Origin: Octopus bimaculoides
Lineage: Eukaryota
Length of the DNA stretch: 64,000 nucleotides
NCBI RefSeq assembly: GCF_001194135.2
Contig: NC_068982.1
Coordinates: forward strand, 94,283,952-94,347,951
Reading direction: 5' to 3'
The translations under genes were made by a program, and so were the position numbers. Shown one piece after another: positions 36,965-50,779 of the stretch (position 1 is the first letter of the stretch; every line of letters begins with the position of its first letter). Below the pieces are notes generated by a model. It saw only the letters and a list, made by a program, of their open reading frames with translations, was not told where the DNA came from and ran no database searches.

Positions 36965-38600
36965 TCAGGCCACGCCCCGACCCCACAAGCCCCGATCTAA
37001 GGACTTTTGGAAGTTGTCTAACGTTCTCAACCCGAATGTACGGTGAAACAGGCTGTCCAGTTGAATAAATCCGAGACCTAGAGTCGCCCCCAGGCTATCG
37101 TCGCATTCAGACTCTATCAACCCACTATATAAAACCCGTCTGGAACCCCCACCACTGGCGTTGCCCGAGCGCCGGAATAGCAAGAGGGCCTTACAGCACT
37201 CTTTATGTCATTCACTCGACCTCGATCTACGAGAACACCAGGCTTCCTGTTCGCAAAAATTTTGAACTCGGAGTACATTTGTCTGGCTAGCGGAGACCAC
37301 ACCCATTCACTATCCAGGAGAATCCAGAGGTGCCTCAATCTCAACGCATGCCTGCGCATCATTAACCAAGGCATCCCTAAACCTCCCTGTAAAGGCTTTT
37401 GACAGCAGACAAAGCGTTTCACAAGTGGTGACCTGCCCTTCCACAAAAAGTGAAAGAGCTGTCTCGCCAACCTGATCAACCACGAATTCGGACAGGGCAC
37501 GACGGTCAGGCGGTAGGTAATGACCGATGCGATAAACACATTGGCCACCTGCGCCCTCGTTTTCAGGGATAGCCACCGCCAAGACCAAGTCTTGATTACT
37601 GCAGCCACCCTGCTCAATACCTCCGTCCACTTCTTCTCTGTCTAGAGGCTTGACCGAAACCAAATTTCCAGCAATTTAACCGGTTCCTCCGCCCAGCGCC
37701 CAACAACGCTGTCTGAAGGCATCGACTTGCCAACCCAGGTGCCGAGTTGCAAGCCGACCGACTTTTCCTGGTTAATCTTTGCTCCTGCCACCTCCTCGTA
37801 ATCCCCAATAGTCTTACCCACTTCACGTAGGCGTGCTACTGAGATTACGCTGATAGTGATATCATCCGCGTTAGCCGTAACAAACTACTCTAGACCTGGT
37901 TCTCTCGGAATGCCACTCAACCATCGCTGTAGGGGCTCGAGAGCCATCACATACAAAAGCGATGAGATGCAGAATGGCTTCGAAAGGAAACCGTTCACCC
38001 GAACTGTCGAGTCAATGTTGTGGTACAAAGCGATAAACCACCTGAGGAAACCAAGGCCCAGGCCGAACCGCAAGCACAGTCGCCAGGTGTCGATGGTCAA
38101 CCCTACCAAAAGCTTTTGACTGGTCCAAATGTACCAGTGCCCCATCTTTGCCAGATTTATTACCAACCCTCTCTATGATATAGCGGATAAGATGGAGGGT
38201 ATCCTGAATGGTTTTGCCTGGGATGGCACATGTCTGTGCTTTCCCGACTGTACCATTCGCAACACGCGCCAAACTTTTCGCTAAAACCTTGGCCAAAATT
38301 TTCACTTCTGCGTTTAACAGAGTGATGGGCCTGAAATTCTCTATAACGTCCCCCTTGTCCGGGTCTTTTCTGACCAATGTCACTACTCCCCGGTGCACAG
38401 ATCTAGGGATAAACTCATTCTGTTGCCAGTTCGCGTAAACGTCAGCCAGTAGATGCCCGAACAAGTCTGGCAAACATTTATACAGCTCGTACGGAAGACT
38501 ATCTAGTCCCGGCGACCTACCCGCTTTACAGTCGGCCAAAGCCTCCATCACCTCCCCAGGCGTGATTGGCTCTTCGCAAGACTCCGCCTTCATTATATTA
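36965..38600 (-). mobile_element. L1/Tx1-clade LINE RT fragment (frameshifted)
   Basis: GRSPGLDSLPYELY..ENFRPITLLNAEVKILAK..LDQSKAFGRVDH..ADDIT..GGLGMP; complete RT motif order, both ends truncated. Confidence 0.92.
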
Positions 38601-38774
38601 AATAGTGTAACAATACTAATGAAAACCTGTGACAAAAATCATGCAAAGTATATTACTGCCGGCAGCAATATAAACAGTTCAAATACAGTCGTGCCAGACA
38701 CAGTTCGCATCCTGCACAAGACACTTTCAATTATGTAAGTCATTTCAAACTGTAGACTTGTAGCACACAAGAGT

Positions 38775-39000
38775 GTAATTTGGCAGAATAATTAGAGCGT
38801 TTGATGGAATGTTTCATGTAATTATTCCGGCAGTCTGAGTTCAAATCCTGCACAAGTCAACTTTGCTTTCATTCTTTTGGGATCGAAAATATGCCATTTC
38901 AAGGCAGTGCATAGGCGGAACTGTAAGAATGCCGGACCAGATGCTTTAAGGTATTTCTTCCTGCTGCTTAAGTTTTTAGATCAAATCTGACTTTCGCCTC
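38775..39000 (+). mobile_element. Two degenerate SINE fragments
   Basis: TTGGCAGAATAATTAGAGCG..CTGAGTTCAAATCCTG..CAACTTTGCTTTCATTC, repeated in a more diverged form. Confidence 0.6.
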
Positions 39001-39269
39001 CTATATTTAACCCGCCACTCAGATTAGCAACTCTATCGATGGCACTTTCATCATACGCCAGTATATTACAGCCATTCAACCTAGGCAGTTGGTTTGAGGA
39101 TATATTCTTGCTTCTATTTCACCAATTTTAAGAGCCCTATAAGGAATCAAGGCAGATGCTTCACCTGAATAAAAGACAAAACCTCATACGGTATACACTC
39201 ACCTAAAGTTGATAATGAAACGTAATTCATACAACACCATCGAAGAACATAATGCATGATAACACATAC

Positions 39270-39410
39270 TCTACATATGACCCATTTACAATACCAGCTA
39301 TTGTAGGAGCACTAAGAATGATAAAAAAAGAAGTTGAAGATAATTTGATAATTATGCCTGGCTTATCACCCCTACAAGTAGTGCAAAGAATTGTTTTAAC
39401 TGACACATCA
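39270..39410 (+). mobile_element. R4/Dong-like RLE C-terminal fragment
   Basis: TIPAIVGALRMIKK..MPGLSPLQVVQRIVLTDTS. Confidence 0.8.
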
Positions 39411-41372
39411 CTCGGTAATAAATGGGGGGGGGGGAATTGAAAGAAGAAACATGCATAGCAACAACAATAATAATAATCTTTTCTCTTAAATATCTTTAAC
39501 TGTAAACATTATTGCTAATCCTCGTGAATATATCAATATATGTTTATCATTGGACACTCTTGTAACCCTTGGATATTTTGTTGAAATTGCGCATTTCTTA
39601 TAAGCATAATAATCCTTGCTGGCTTTGACAACTTCTGTGCGTATTCACCAGAAAGTTCCGAATACAAGTGTTTCAAGAATGGAACTCTAAGTATTTCCAA
39701 AAACATGAAATATAAAGACACTGATAGTTACAAATAGTTGAATGTAGATGCGAGTAAAAACTGCATGTGTGAAAGGTGTTTCAATGTGAATGAAAAAAAT
39801 GTATATTTTCACAGTACCAAATATTAAAAATTGACATTATTAGGAAGAACATTATTCGTACCTTTTGTAATGGCCTTGTGGTGTTCGACAAGAATGTAAT
39901 AGAGCTATATTATTTAAACTGTAATACAAAAAAACTATGAAACCTGCACTAAAAGTTTTACCCCATGAACTCTACGTCCCTAGAAGAGACAGGAGTAGAG
40001 GGCTATGGGGCGTCGTGGGGAATATTAGAACGCAATCATTAATGTTGCCGACGGGATTTCCAGTATTACAATCAGATTTGTTAGCCCTGAACATTTATAA
40101 TTTAGGGAGAGTGGGCAATAAGAAGCAAGGCAGTAATATAATCTACAAACCCATAAATATAGCGTTTGTTCATCCATCTCAGGTTAAAATTTCTTATTTA
40201 TTGTTCTATTCGCGAATCTCTGAACTGAACAAGAGCTCAGTTTGCAAATCCAGAGAATAATTTGAGTCAAATGCTGGTTGGCTGGGATCTCTTGTATTGT
40301 AAACTCGTCAAAAGGTCAGATGATATTGTATTTCTTTCTCAGAGTTTGACGTTTTACAAACCCTTATTTCCTATATAGACTCACACGCGGCAGTATTTAT
40401 ATCTAGGGTGTTGCATTATATTATAAGGTTTGTAACATTTCTCTCATTGTGTCAGAGGATATATTCGCCTCCTCTCCTACTCTGAATTTGTAATTTGATA
40501 CAATTTGTAATTTGAATCATTCTGAAATTGTATTATGCTGAAAATTAAATGGTTTCAGGAGCAGTGTGTAATCTCATCATTTTGAGGGAAGGATCAACAT
40601 CCCAGTTGAAGTGAAGAAGATATCATAGCTGATTTCTATTACTGTTACTACTTCAGTTATTGCAAAACCTCTACGGTTGCCTATAAACGTGCTACTACTG
40701 TCGCTGCTTCGCAAATGCTGTTACTCCTAATACTATCGCTGTTTTCCTGTGGTTGCAGCTATTGCATTTATTGTTGTTACGTTTATACTGCTGCTGAAGA
40801 TGCAGCCATTGCTCATGAGTTAGATCGCTGACTCCAACTTATCTCACCATGACGACAAAACTCTTAGATATAAAATAGAGTGCAGTCTTCTTCATTTCTC
40901 AGCTAACCATCCAACTAGCGTAATAAAATTCTCCTGAAATTATCATGTTATTGAACTTACCAAATCACAAACTTATATTTGGCTTTCTCGGGCTCTTAGT
41001 TTTCAATATACATATGAAGCATATGATGTTCTGTTTTCTCTTGGAAAACTAGCAACATAAAACTTCCTTTACAGGAAGAAAATAATTATAGTAAAAAAGA
41101 TTTATAGCAGAAGACGACATATCTTGATAGGAAAGAAGAACATCAATATTTTGTTGTTACTCATTTTGTCGACCGTGGAGTGAAATAAAAAAGAGAAATG
41201 TGCACAAGATATTTGGATTGAGACCATAGATGAATGTGACAAAATACTGCGTGTTTTGGTAAACATTCAATAGATACTGCCTACATAATTACCACACTAC
41301 ATCTACTACTATTACTACTGCTCCTGCTGCTACCACCGCCGCTGCGGCGGCTGCTGCTGCTGCTGCTACTAT

Positions 41373-41428
<56 letters not shown>

Positions 41429-41451
41429 ATAATAATAATAATAATAATAAC

Positions 41452-41550
41452 CTTTTCTACTATTAGCACAAAGCCTCAAATGTTTGTGGGGAGTGGTCCA
41501 GTGGATTAGATTGACCCCGTACGCAACTGGTACTTAATTTATCGACCACA
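41452..41550 (-). mobile_element. SINE tail and core fragment
   Basis: CCTTTTCTACTATTAGCACAAAG..GCAACTGGTACTTAATTTATCGACC next to (TAC)n(TAA)n. Confidence 0.75.
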
Positions 41551-41831
41551 AAGTAGATGCATAACAAGGATTAGCAGAAGGACAAATAAAGCCTCACAAA
41601 AAAGAAGCCGTTCCATGTGCCCGGCTGGTGGAGGCGCAACGTAGATATAAAGCCACAATTCGGTCTTTGACGGACCGACCAAGCGCATAATACTCGAATC
41701 CAAGCAGATGTGTGCACATTTTCAGCGGCACTTTACCGAACTGCAAGCAGCGCGCAGTGACTCGATTCCTGTCAGAATTGAAAGATTCTTTCTGTTAGTA
41801 TTTCCCACATCATTTAGGTAGAGTGTGAGTG

Positions 41832-41872
<41 letters not shown>

Positions 41873-44012
41873 GTAAATAATATGTGACAACTATTCGGTA
41901 GCCATGATAAAACTCCGAGTTTCGGATGCAAGGGCGGAAACCCATACGTCGCTTCAGTTATCTTACCATCGAATAATGCTATGAAAATGACCGTTAAACA
42001 AACGGAGAGTACTGTGTGGTTGAACGTTATTAAGACAAAAGAGCTATTTGAATGACCGCTAAGTGAGGGGAGGGAGTAAAGGTAAGGGAGTAAAATCTTC
42101 AGAGTATTCGCGTAAGCGCACCAGTCTATACATACGCATGCGCGCCCGCACACCCACGTATATGCGCCTATATATATAAATACTCATCCACCCTCACTTG
42201 AAACACACACATGCTCACCCACACATTCGCCAAAAAAAAATATATATACCCGCATACACGCTCACACACACCCACACGCAAGCAACACGCTCGCACACTT
42301 ACACACGCGCGCAAAAAGGTTCATACACACGTCTATATACGCACATGCCCACGAAACAACAGGGTTAAAGGCAAAATACAGAAAAAAGTGTGAAAAGTGT
42401 AAAAGAGCCATAAGGGTAAAGCACGTCTATATGTGCACGCACAGGAAAAAGCTGGATGGAAGGTAAAATACAGAAAAACTATGTGTAGAAAACATAACAA
42501 AAACGTAACGAATATTTATCCACATGTGGACATTATCCGAAAAGTTCAGTTCTTAAATTTAGGCATGTGGCGGCGTCTAAGCTGCCTTTCCAGATGAGCC
42601 ATCTTTCCATATCACAAAGACTGCACTTTCCCCTACCTTTGGTGTAGGGTTTACACTTGGCTAAAATCTTCCAATGGATGTTGTAACTGCCACCTTTATC
42701 TTTTAAGGACTGGATAATTTGTCCTGGATATATGACTGGATAATTTGGTCATTTTCTTTTTATCCCAGTGCCTGAAGCTCAAGGTGTGATTGTTGAATCT
42801 ATCATTGAAATTACCCTCTGTAAGGCCTACGTATTTCTTCGTCGAAACCGTGTCCTTAGTGGATATAGAGCCCACAGTGGTTTCATAAATGATTGTCTCG
42901 GACATGCAAGCTCCATTTATCGGGCACAAATGTTTATCCCTGCATGAACAGCTAGTTTCATTTTGTGGTTTTTGTGTGATGTGTGCGATTAAAAATTAGT
43001 AGTTGAGCTGTAGCTGATTTTTAAGTTATGCCTATTGAAGAGTTTTCTATAACTATGGTTGACTGTAAAATGTCTATCTAACAGTGGTAAGAAATACTTG
43101 CCTATACTAAAGGTCATTGCTGGTGAGTTGGGGGTGTGTGAACCAAATAGTTTTCCTATTTCTGTTTTCTTTTCTTTATTACTGGACCGGTGGCAGGTGT
43201 ATAGGTTATTTCCTCGCTAAAACCACTATCTTTTAGAGCCTTATTATATACCGGGGCAAATATATTAAAAATGTCCCTATCGGAGGAGAGGCATGAAATT
43301 CTTTTGCTAATGTTTTTAATTAAATCTTTAAACACTATGGGAGGATGGCAGGAACCCACATTGATATAACAAAGTCTATCGTTGGGCTTCCTATAAGGTT
43401 TATGAATGTTCTTATTTAGATCTAAGGATACATCTAGGCAATTGACAACCGTAGGGTTGGTATCTTTAGTTATGCCAAAGCTGAAAGTTTTCATCAAATA
43501 GATAATATCCTTCCTAAAACGGTACTGTGCTGGTCCATTGGTATTTGCGGTTAAAGCTCGGACATCATCTTTGTAAATTGCGAAGTATACGTCTTGCCCA
43601 ACGTATCGAGTAGGAATAGTCCAATAAGATCGCATATGCCTGCTCCATCATATGACCCCATGCTCACATAGGACCTGCTTTCTATATTGTGTCTATGTAC
43701 ACGCTTTTTATCTCTCTATACTTTTTACTTATATTTCTTATATATTTTTTCTATTTTTTCTATACATATTTATAGAGATATTGCTATATATATATTTTTA
43801 CACGTAGTTCTTCTGTATTCTACCTTCTATCCTGCTATTTTCCTGTGCGTATATAGACGTGTGTATGAACCTTTTTGCGTGCGTGTGTATGTGTGCGAGC
43901 GTGTTGCATGCGTGTGTGTGTGAGCGTGTATGCGGGTATATATATATCATTTTTTTGGCGAATGTGTGGGTGAGCATGTGTGTTTCAAGTGAGGGTGGAT
44001 GAGTATATATAT
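41550..44012 (-). mobile_element. Penelope-like element, 5'-truncated, with an inverted partial pseudo-LTR
   Basis: MGSYDGAGICDLIGL, YKDD and HPPIVFK RT motifs; GIY-YIG region (IIYETTV..YVGLTEGNFNDRFNNH). 43800-44012 is an inverted copy of about 42172-42490. Confidence 0.9.
41893..41974 (-). ncRNA. Type I hammerhead-ribozyme-like motif (degenerate core) in the Penelope 3' pLTR
   Basis: Minus strand: GATAA-CTGAAGC...GCATCC-GAAA-CTCGGAG-TT-TTATC. Stem I GATAA/TTATC is extended by GGTA/TACC and ATTCG/CGAAT. Confidence 0.6.
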
Positions 44013-44570
44013 NNNNNNNNNNNNNNNNNNNNNNNNNNNNNNNNNNNNNNNNNNNNNNNNNNNNNNNNNNNNNNNNNNNNNNNNNNNNNNNNNNNNNNNN
44101 NNNNNNNNNNNNNNNNNNNNNNNNNNNNNNNNNNNNNNNNNNNNNNNNNNNNNNNNNNNNNNNNNNNNNNNNNNNNNNNNNNNNNNNNNNNNNNNNNNNN
44201 NNNNNNNNNNNNNNNNNNNNNNNNNNNNNNNNNNNNNNNNNNNNNNNNNNNNNNNNNNNNNNNNNNNNNNNNNNNNNNNNNNNNNNNNNNNNNNNNNNNN
44301 NNNNNNNNNNNNNNNNNNNNNNNNNNNNNNNNNNNNNNNNNNNNNNNNNNNNNNNNNNNNNNNNNNNNNNNNNNNNNNNNNNNNNNNNNNNNNNNNNNNN
44401 NNNNNNNNNNNNNNNNNNNNNNNNNNNNNNNNNNNNNNNNNNNNNNNNNNNNNNNNNNNNNNNNNNNNNNNNNNNNNNNNNNNNNTTGTCACATATTATA
44501 TTACAAATAAATTCCTCTATTTACATAATTTCGAGGTCTCTTTTATTCTTTTGTTGTCTTACCATTACTA

Positions 44571-44609
<39 letters not shown>

Positions 44610-44879
44610 CTTTTTTTTAAATTTCTGTATAACGTCATAATCTTAATTTCACTGTAATCTATCTTTTGGTCATTGTCTCTATTCTGAAACTGATGGCTAT
44701 TGAGTTATTTAAAATTTTTAGGACCGCTTGTGACACTATAGAAGCGTAACTTTGCGTATTAATTAATTGCTTGGTTTTCAAAGAAAGGTGAATCTTAGTT
44801 CAGCTTTGATCTCCATATTTTGTTCGTTATTTCTTCACGAGAAAGGTTATTGTTCTCATTTAGAAGCAATTATTCCCCC

Positions 44880-46000
44880 ACATCTATGTGTGTTGTTTTA
44901 TGATGACTAGTTTTTCTACAATGCTTTTCTTTTTTTCTATGTACATTTTCGTTGAGTGTTTGAAATTTATCATCAGTATATCTTCATTGCACGTTGAACA
45001 TCTTGTACCACACTGATCACCCTCTATTACGTTACAAAAGTCATTACCATCTATGAGTAAACGTATTATCAAATACTTGTTATTGTGACTCTTGTGGTTT
45101 TCTCCTTTCGTTTATGTATTGAGGAACTAATGTACAATCTGATAATTTCAGCTTGTGTTTTGGTTGCGTCTTCAGTTTTAATGATACAGTCGATAATACC
45201 ATAGCTTTTGTATTCTTCAATTGAAATAATTTCTTCCGTTATATCCTGAAAGATTTGTACAACCTAATATGAGGAAAATGTCAGTCTGCTGCCTAATTTT
45301 GTTAGCAGAAATGAATAATACTTTTCTTCGTTCTCACATGGATTATCAACTGTGGCAAAAAAATACTTATAGTTTTTACAAAATTCTCCTATCTCCTTTT
45401 TTCCCTTTTAACTGCGTGATAGGTCTAAAAGATACTATCATTTAAGTTTGTATTACAGGAAAGTTTGTTTTCATATTGATACTATATGAACGGATCGCTG
45501 TATTTATATCTCTAAAGAGTTGTTAGTGCTATTTTTGTTGTTATTATCGTTGCTTTCCAAATAACTTACGTGAGTCTTTGAGACATTTGGAACACTTCAA
45601 TTATTTGTTCTCTACTCTGTTCATTTTCTTCATCTTCTGGAACGTTTAGTCGTGTGTTTGATTTTGTGTTGATTGTAGCTACTGGATAATTATTTGTCAC
45701 TTTGGATATGAAACTGTAGTCTGTTTGAATATAATTTTAAAAGTTAGGAAAACAAAATTCTTTTGCTTCTGTTACCATCCCTAAATATCGAAGGAAGCTT
45801 CTCTTTCAGCAAATACCTAGTAGTAAATTTCTTTAGTATGGCTTAAATAAAATGAGATTTGAAGAGAAAAGCAAAACGATGGTTTCTCATTTCTAGAGCA
45901 GAATATATTATTATTATGCCAGTACTTACTAATTTAGTTAGCATGTATTTTATCTTGATGTTTGGTGACAACAAGTTTCCCCAGGTCTCAAGAATCTTCT
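44880..46000 (-). mobile_element. Very decayed R4/Dong-like RT remnant
   Basis: ISIEEYKSYGII resembles the ..E.YKYLGI segment of the other copies; order of remnants is collinear. Confidence 0.45.
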
Positions 46001-46039
46001 ATAGGATTCTTTCAGAATATAGGATAGTACTTTACAGGT

Positions 46040-46330
46040 CGATAGTGAAAGTTTGAAATTCAATCTTTTTCAGTCTTTTAGATAGCCTTTTGGGTGTTGT
46101 GTCAAGAGCACCAATTACTACAGGAATAATTGTTGTCTTGGTCTTCAAGAGTCTCCTCAGGACTCTGGCTAGATCCTGATAATCATCAAACCTATGATAT
46201 TACACTGTTTATGTTATCCTTTGTGATCATATCTAACCTTCTTGCTTCAATAATATCGTGAGTATATATGGAGAAATCCTACAAGATTTTGTAATTCTAA
46301 TTTTCTGTCATTGCCTCTGTTTCGTGTTAA
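46040..46330 (-). mobile_element. R4/Dong-like RLE C-terminal fragment
   Basis: YQDLARVLRRLLKTKTTIIPVVIGALDTTPKRL. Confidence 0.75.
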
Positions 46331-46599
46331 TATCACTTTTCTGTTGTTTTGAAGGGGCACACTCGGCTAACATTCCAATTCTCACTTTTGCCTACAGTCA
46401 TATTTGCGTTTATATTCCTTTTCGGCTAGTACGCTGAACTCACGAAAAGGGTGATTGATTTTTTTTCCTCTGCTTTCCTGCAGATTCTGTGTTTGCTGTC
46501 TGTCTGAGTTTTGTCAATCTTTGCCTTTATCAGGTTTGTTCTAAGGGCTTGTTCCTGAGCCGCAATAGTTAGAGATTTTCTCTCTCAGTTTATGTTCCC

Positions 46600-49500
46600 G
46601 TCCATCATTCAGAGTCAATTGTTATTTTTATCATTCTCATCATTATTATTCATTCGTAACACAGTGTCGGTCTTTAGTCATCTGTCAAGTCACAACAAGG
46701 ACCTCAGACAGATAATATTTTCCTTAAGATGTGCGCTGTGCCTAATAAGGCTCCTAAGGACATCAATCTTGCATGGGATTTACAGTTGCCTAAAGGAGTC
46801 TTGAAGTTTCAAGGGGATTGAGCGCAACTCTCCGATCACCACTGGTATCACTTTTAAATTACCCTCTCGCATTCCATGCAGTCTTGCTATTTTCACTTTG
46901 AATTCGGAGTGCTTGGTGATTTTTCAACCTCTTTACTCACAACATTCACGTCATTTGGTATAGCTACATCAATGATCTGACATAATTCGTCTCCCTTATT
47001 CAATATGACAATATCCGGCTGACGTTGTTCAATTACATGATCCGTCTAGAAATCATAGTCCTAGGGTATCGTTACTTTTCCTTCCCCTGCATAACTTTAC
47101 ATTGTACATGCTCATACCAGTTCTCTGTTAATTCAGATTGGTATTTACGGCATAAGAGTCAATGAAAGTACACATGTACTTTATCGTGGCGGCGCTTGTA
47201 TTCTTTTGTGCAACGCTTAGCAAGTGAGTCACATTACCCACACGTTATCCACACATCCACTTAGCAAGTCAGTCACATTATCCACACTCTTTCCACAGAG
47301 TCTGCATTTCTGGGTGTCAGAAGTTTTATAGATGTTATACTTCACTGAATTGGTAGCGAAAGACTGGTCTTGAGCAACAATTATCAGGCTTTCGGTAGTA
47401 CGCTTCGAACCATCCCTCGCTCAAGCCATGCCTACGATGCTTTTTTATACTTAACGTCCTGCATATTCCTTTGAAACGGTCCATGCATTGTCATTTCAAG
47501 AAGGTCGTCTTTTCTCTTCTTCTCAGCTCTTTGGTTAAACTCTTCCTTGCCCATCATTTCAGTTGCATTTACACCCATATCTTTCGCGGCATATTGCTGC
47601 ACGCTGTCATCACTATTTATCAAATACTCGGCAAGCGTCTCCTTTTACTCTTTATACAATGGTCTATACTAATTAGTACTCTGCAACCATTCTTTGCATA
47701 CACAGTCTGTTTTCGTTTGCTTTGGGTGTAGCACCCCGCACCCAATGCAGTGTCACCAACTTTCTCGTCCTTCTATCCAGTGTTGATATTTCCTCCTAAA
47801 TCCATTCGAGGATGGACACACTATATCTGACCACCGCAACTGCCCAGATATTCATTGCGGTAATCAAATCTTTGGCATCCAGGTTGAATTTCAACACCAT
47901 CATCACTCCTTTTTGATACGCCTCGCTGACCTTGACTTTCATTTCTCTGTGTAGAATGTCATCCAGCTCTAAAATCCCTAAATATCTATACCCACTGCCG
48001 TCTGGTTCACTCACGGTTTCTCTTGATGGTAAGCGCAATCCTCTGCAGGATGCTGTCTTCTCTCTTTTCCTATTAAGTACTGAGCAATTGGTAATCCCAA
48101 ATTCCGATGTCTCTACCACACCTCTGGACTGTTTTGGTTAAGGAATCTATCTGTTTTTCAAATTTCCCAAACAATTTTAGGTAATCCATAAACAAATTTG
48201 GTCCAATGATGGACTTTTCTTCCCAAATCGGTAACCCGTCTTAACTTTCCTAAGTGTCATTGTTATGGGTATTAGTGTAATTACAAATAATAACTGAGAA
48301 AACGAGTCACCTTGGAAGATACCCCTTTTAATATTAACTTCTCCAAGGAATAACATTCTTGAGTATAATTTTGCTTTCCACTCTTTCATGCTATACATCA
48401 GAAAATTTCTGATGTTGTCAGCAACACCAAACATCTGCAGCCATTCAACGATCCAATAATGAAGCATCATATGATGTGCCGCCTTAAAGTCAATCCAAGC
48501 CATAGACAAGTTTGCATGATGTTTTTTACAATGCCTCAGAATAGTTTTATCGATCATCATGTGATCCTTAGTACCCTGAGAACTTTTCCTACATTCTTTT
48601 TGTTCCCTTGGTAGAAATTCTTCCTGTGTCAGGAAAGTCTATGTCTTTGCCGCACATATTCCAGTGGGTATCTTCCAGATTATGTTTAGGCATGCTTTGG
48701 GACGGTAGTTTCCCACAATATTCTCCATTCTTCTATCTTTCATTATAAGTGTTGTCCTCCCATTCACCATCCACGTGGTTACTGTATCTTTCTGGACACA
48801 TTCATTCAATTGGGCTGCTAATCTGTCATGCACCGCGTGGCATCTCTTCAGCCAGAAGCCATGAATCTCATCTGGTCCGGGAGATTTCCAGTTAGGCACT
48901 TAACCCACTTGTTCCTTCACACTGCCTGTGCTTATTACAATATTCCTTTGTTTCTTTTCTCCTTGTAATTCTGTCTTGTTAGTTCCTATTCACATTGCAT
49001 CCCTTTTATGCACCACATTATTTCCCCATAATCTGCACAAAATTCCTAGGCTTGATTTGAGTCAGAAGCAACAATTTCCTCATTGTCTCTTTCTAACGTT
49101 TGGAAGATTTGCTTCGGGTTATTTTTAAATAATCTATTCTCGAACTGCTTATTTCTGTTCATAAATCTTCTGATCTAGCCTTTTGCCATGATCTTCTGTT
49201 TTAACTGCTCATCAAACCCGTTCTACCGTATGTTATATTTCTTCTCTAATTTTTCTCTGTCGGTCTTTTTTCCTAGATTTTGCCTTGCTCGCATTATGTC
49301 TCTTTCAATGCGTTGTTTCCACCAAGATTCTTTTGCTCTATCATTTTTGTTCTCTAAAGTTGTAATTTCTCCTCAACAAGTAGTGCAATAGCTCAGAGAA
49401 GATTCTTTGCTTGTGCTATGTCCCCCGTCTGGATTTATGCTATGACAGTATTTATATTTCGTGTTACTTAATTTATTATACTCCTATCTACTCTTCTCAT

Positions 49501-50150
49501 ATTGATGGGGATTTTTTTCTTCTGGAGCATTCATCAAGTCGGTGAGTCGTCTTTGAATATCTAGCAATTCATTATCTAGGTGGTTCATTTCCCCTGCATG
49601 TCCACCCACCACAATAGCAGGGTTCACTGCATAACGTTCCTGTTCGTCATCGTTAACCGCCAGATCCCCATTTCCCTGTTCCTCCTGTCTATTCTTCTCT
49701 CTGCTTTCAACTCCTACTTATGTTTCGAAAACCGACGATCCTTTGTAGCCCATCCGCAGGGTCTCTCAGACTCTCACTAATCCGAGATATTTCTATTCCA
49801 GTTAAGTAACCCTTCACTCTCACTTGGTTCATTAGTCTATTTTCTGATATTGGAGACATGTCCTTTCCATCCAAAATTTCAAGATACGTCGGCCTACTGC
49901 GCGGCTTCTTTCCAGCTTTGCTTTTTCATGACATTGAATAAGTGTACCGTACTCTACCTTCGTCTACTTATGTCTGTTTTTGTGAACACCGTGTATGTGA
50001 TCTGTTGTGACATAACGACCGTTCGAAGTCCGATCACTGTCCCTGATGCGGACGGTTTCGGACTGCCAGGTGGGAATCCTTCACCATGATCGGCTAAATC
50101 TCCATTTTCACCGTTAATTCTTTCATTGTTGTGTTCATAGGGTTCCCATG
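46600..50150 (-). mobile_element. Near full-length R4/Dong-like LINE (about 3.5 kb, pseudogenised)
   Basis: N-terminal ISENRLMNQVRV; MPNWKSPGPDEIHGFWLKR; [10 protein letters not shown]; [12 protein letters not shown]; YRYLGILELD; AQDQSFATN; QPDIVIL; IPVVIGELRS. TAA-like tract at the 3' end. Confidence 0.9.
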
Positions 50151-50194
50151 AGAGTTGCTATTGAGATCCCATCTCTCTCTTCTTACATACATAT

Positions 50195-50246
<52 letters not shown>

Positions 50247-50269
50247 CGTGCTTGCAATGAATCGCCTCC

Positions 50270-50640
50270 ATAAGCACAGTGATTTTCATTATCATCATCG
50301 TTCTTCATATAGCATTTAAAAATATCAATAATAATATGGGATCCGGTATATTGCAGCAGACCTTCGTCACTCTTTATTAAATACTCGGCAAGCGTTTCCC
50401 TTTCACTCCTTATACAATGGTCTATACTAGTTAATCCTCTGTCCTCATTCTTTCTTTTCATATATGGTCTGTTTACGTTTGCAGTTAACTCTTAATACTA
50501 TCTTTTGCGCTCCCTGCATGAATGGTAATCCAGGTAGCGTTCTGAACTAATTTTTAGTTCCTTTATTGGTCATTTCAAGCGCTCCCCCAATCACTGGTAT
50601 TGCAACCGTCTTGAGATGCTAACTTTGCTCCAGTTACTAT
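50270..50640 (-). mobile_element. R4/Dong-like fragments
   Basis: KRKNEDRGLTSIDHCIRSERETLAEYL, and a VAIPVIG RLE piece next to (TAA)/(ATG)n. Confidence 0.7.
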
Positions 50641-50706
50641 CGTCATTATTATTATTATTATTATTATTACCACCACCACCACCACTACCATCACCATCAT
50701 CATCAC

Positions 50707-50765
<59 letters not shown>

Positions 50766-50779
50766 GTAGTAGTAGTAGT

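Noticed and set aside
41690-41790. Second hammerhead candidate in the Penelope pLTR (CTGACAG...GATTCGAGT)
   Set aside because: Both core segments deviate from consensus; only a 5-bp stem supports it.
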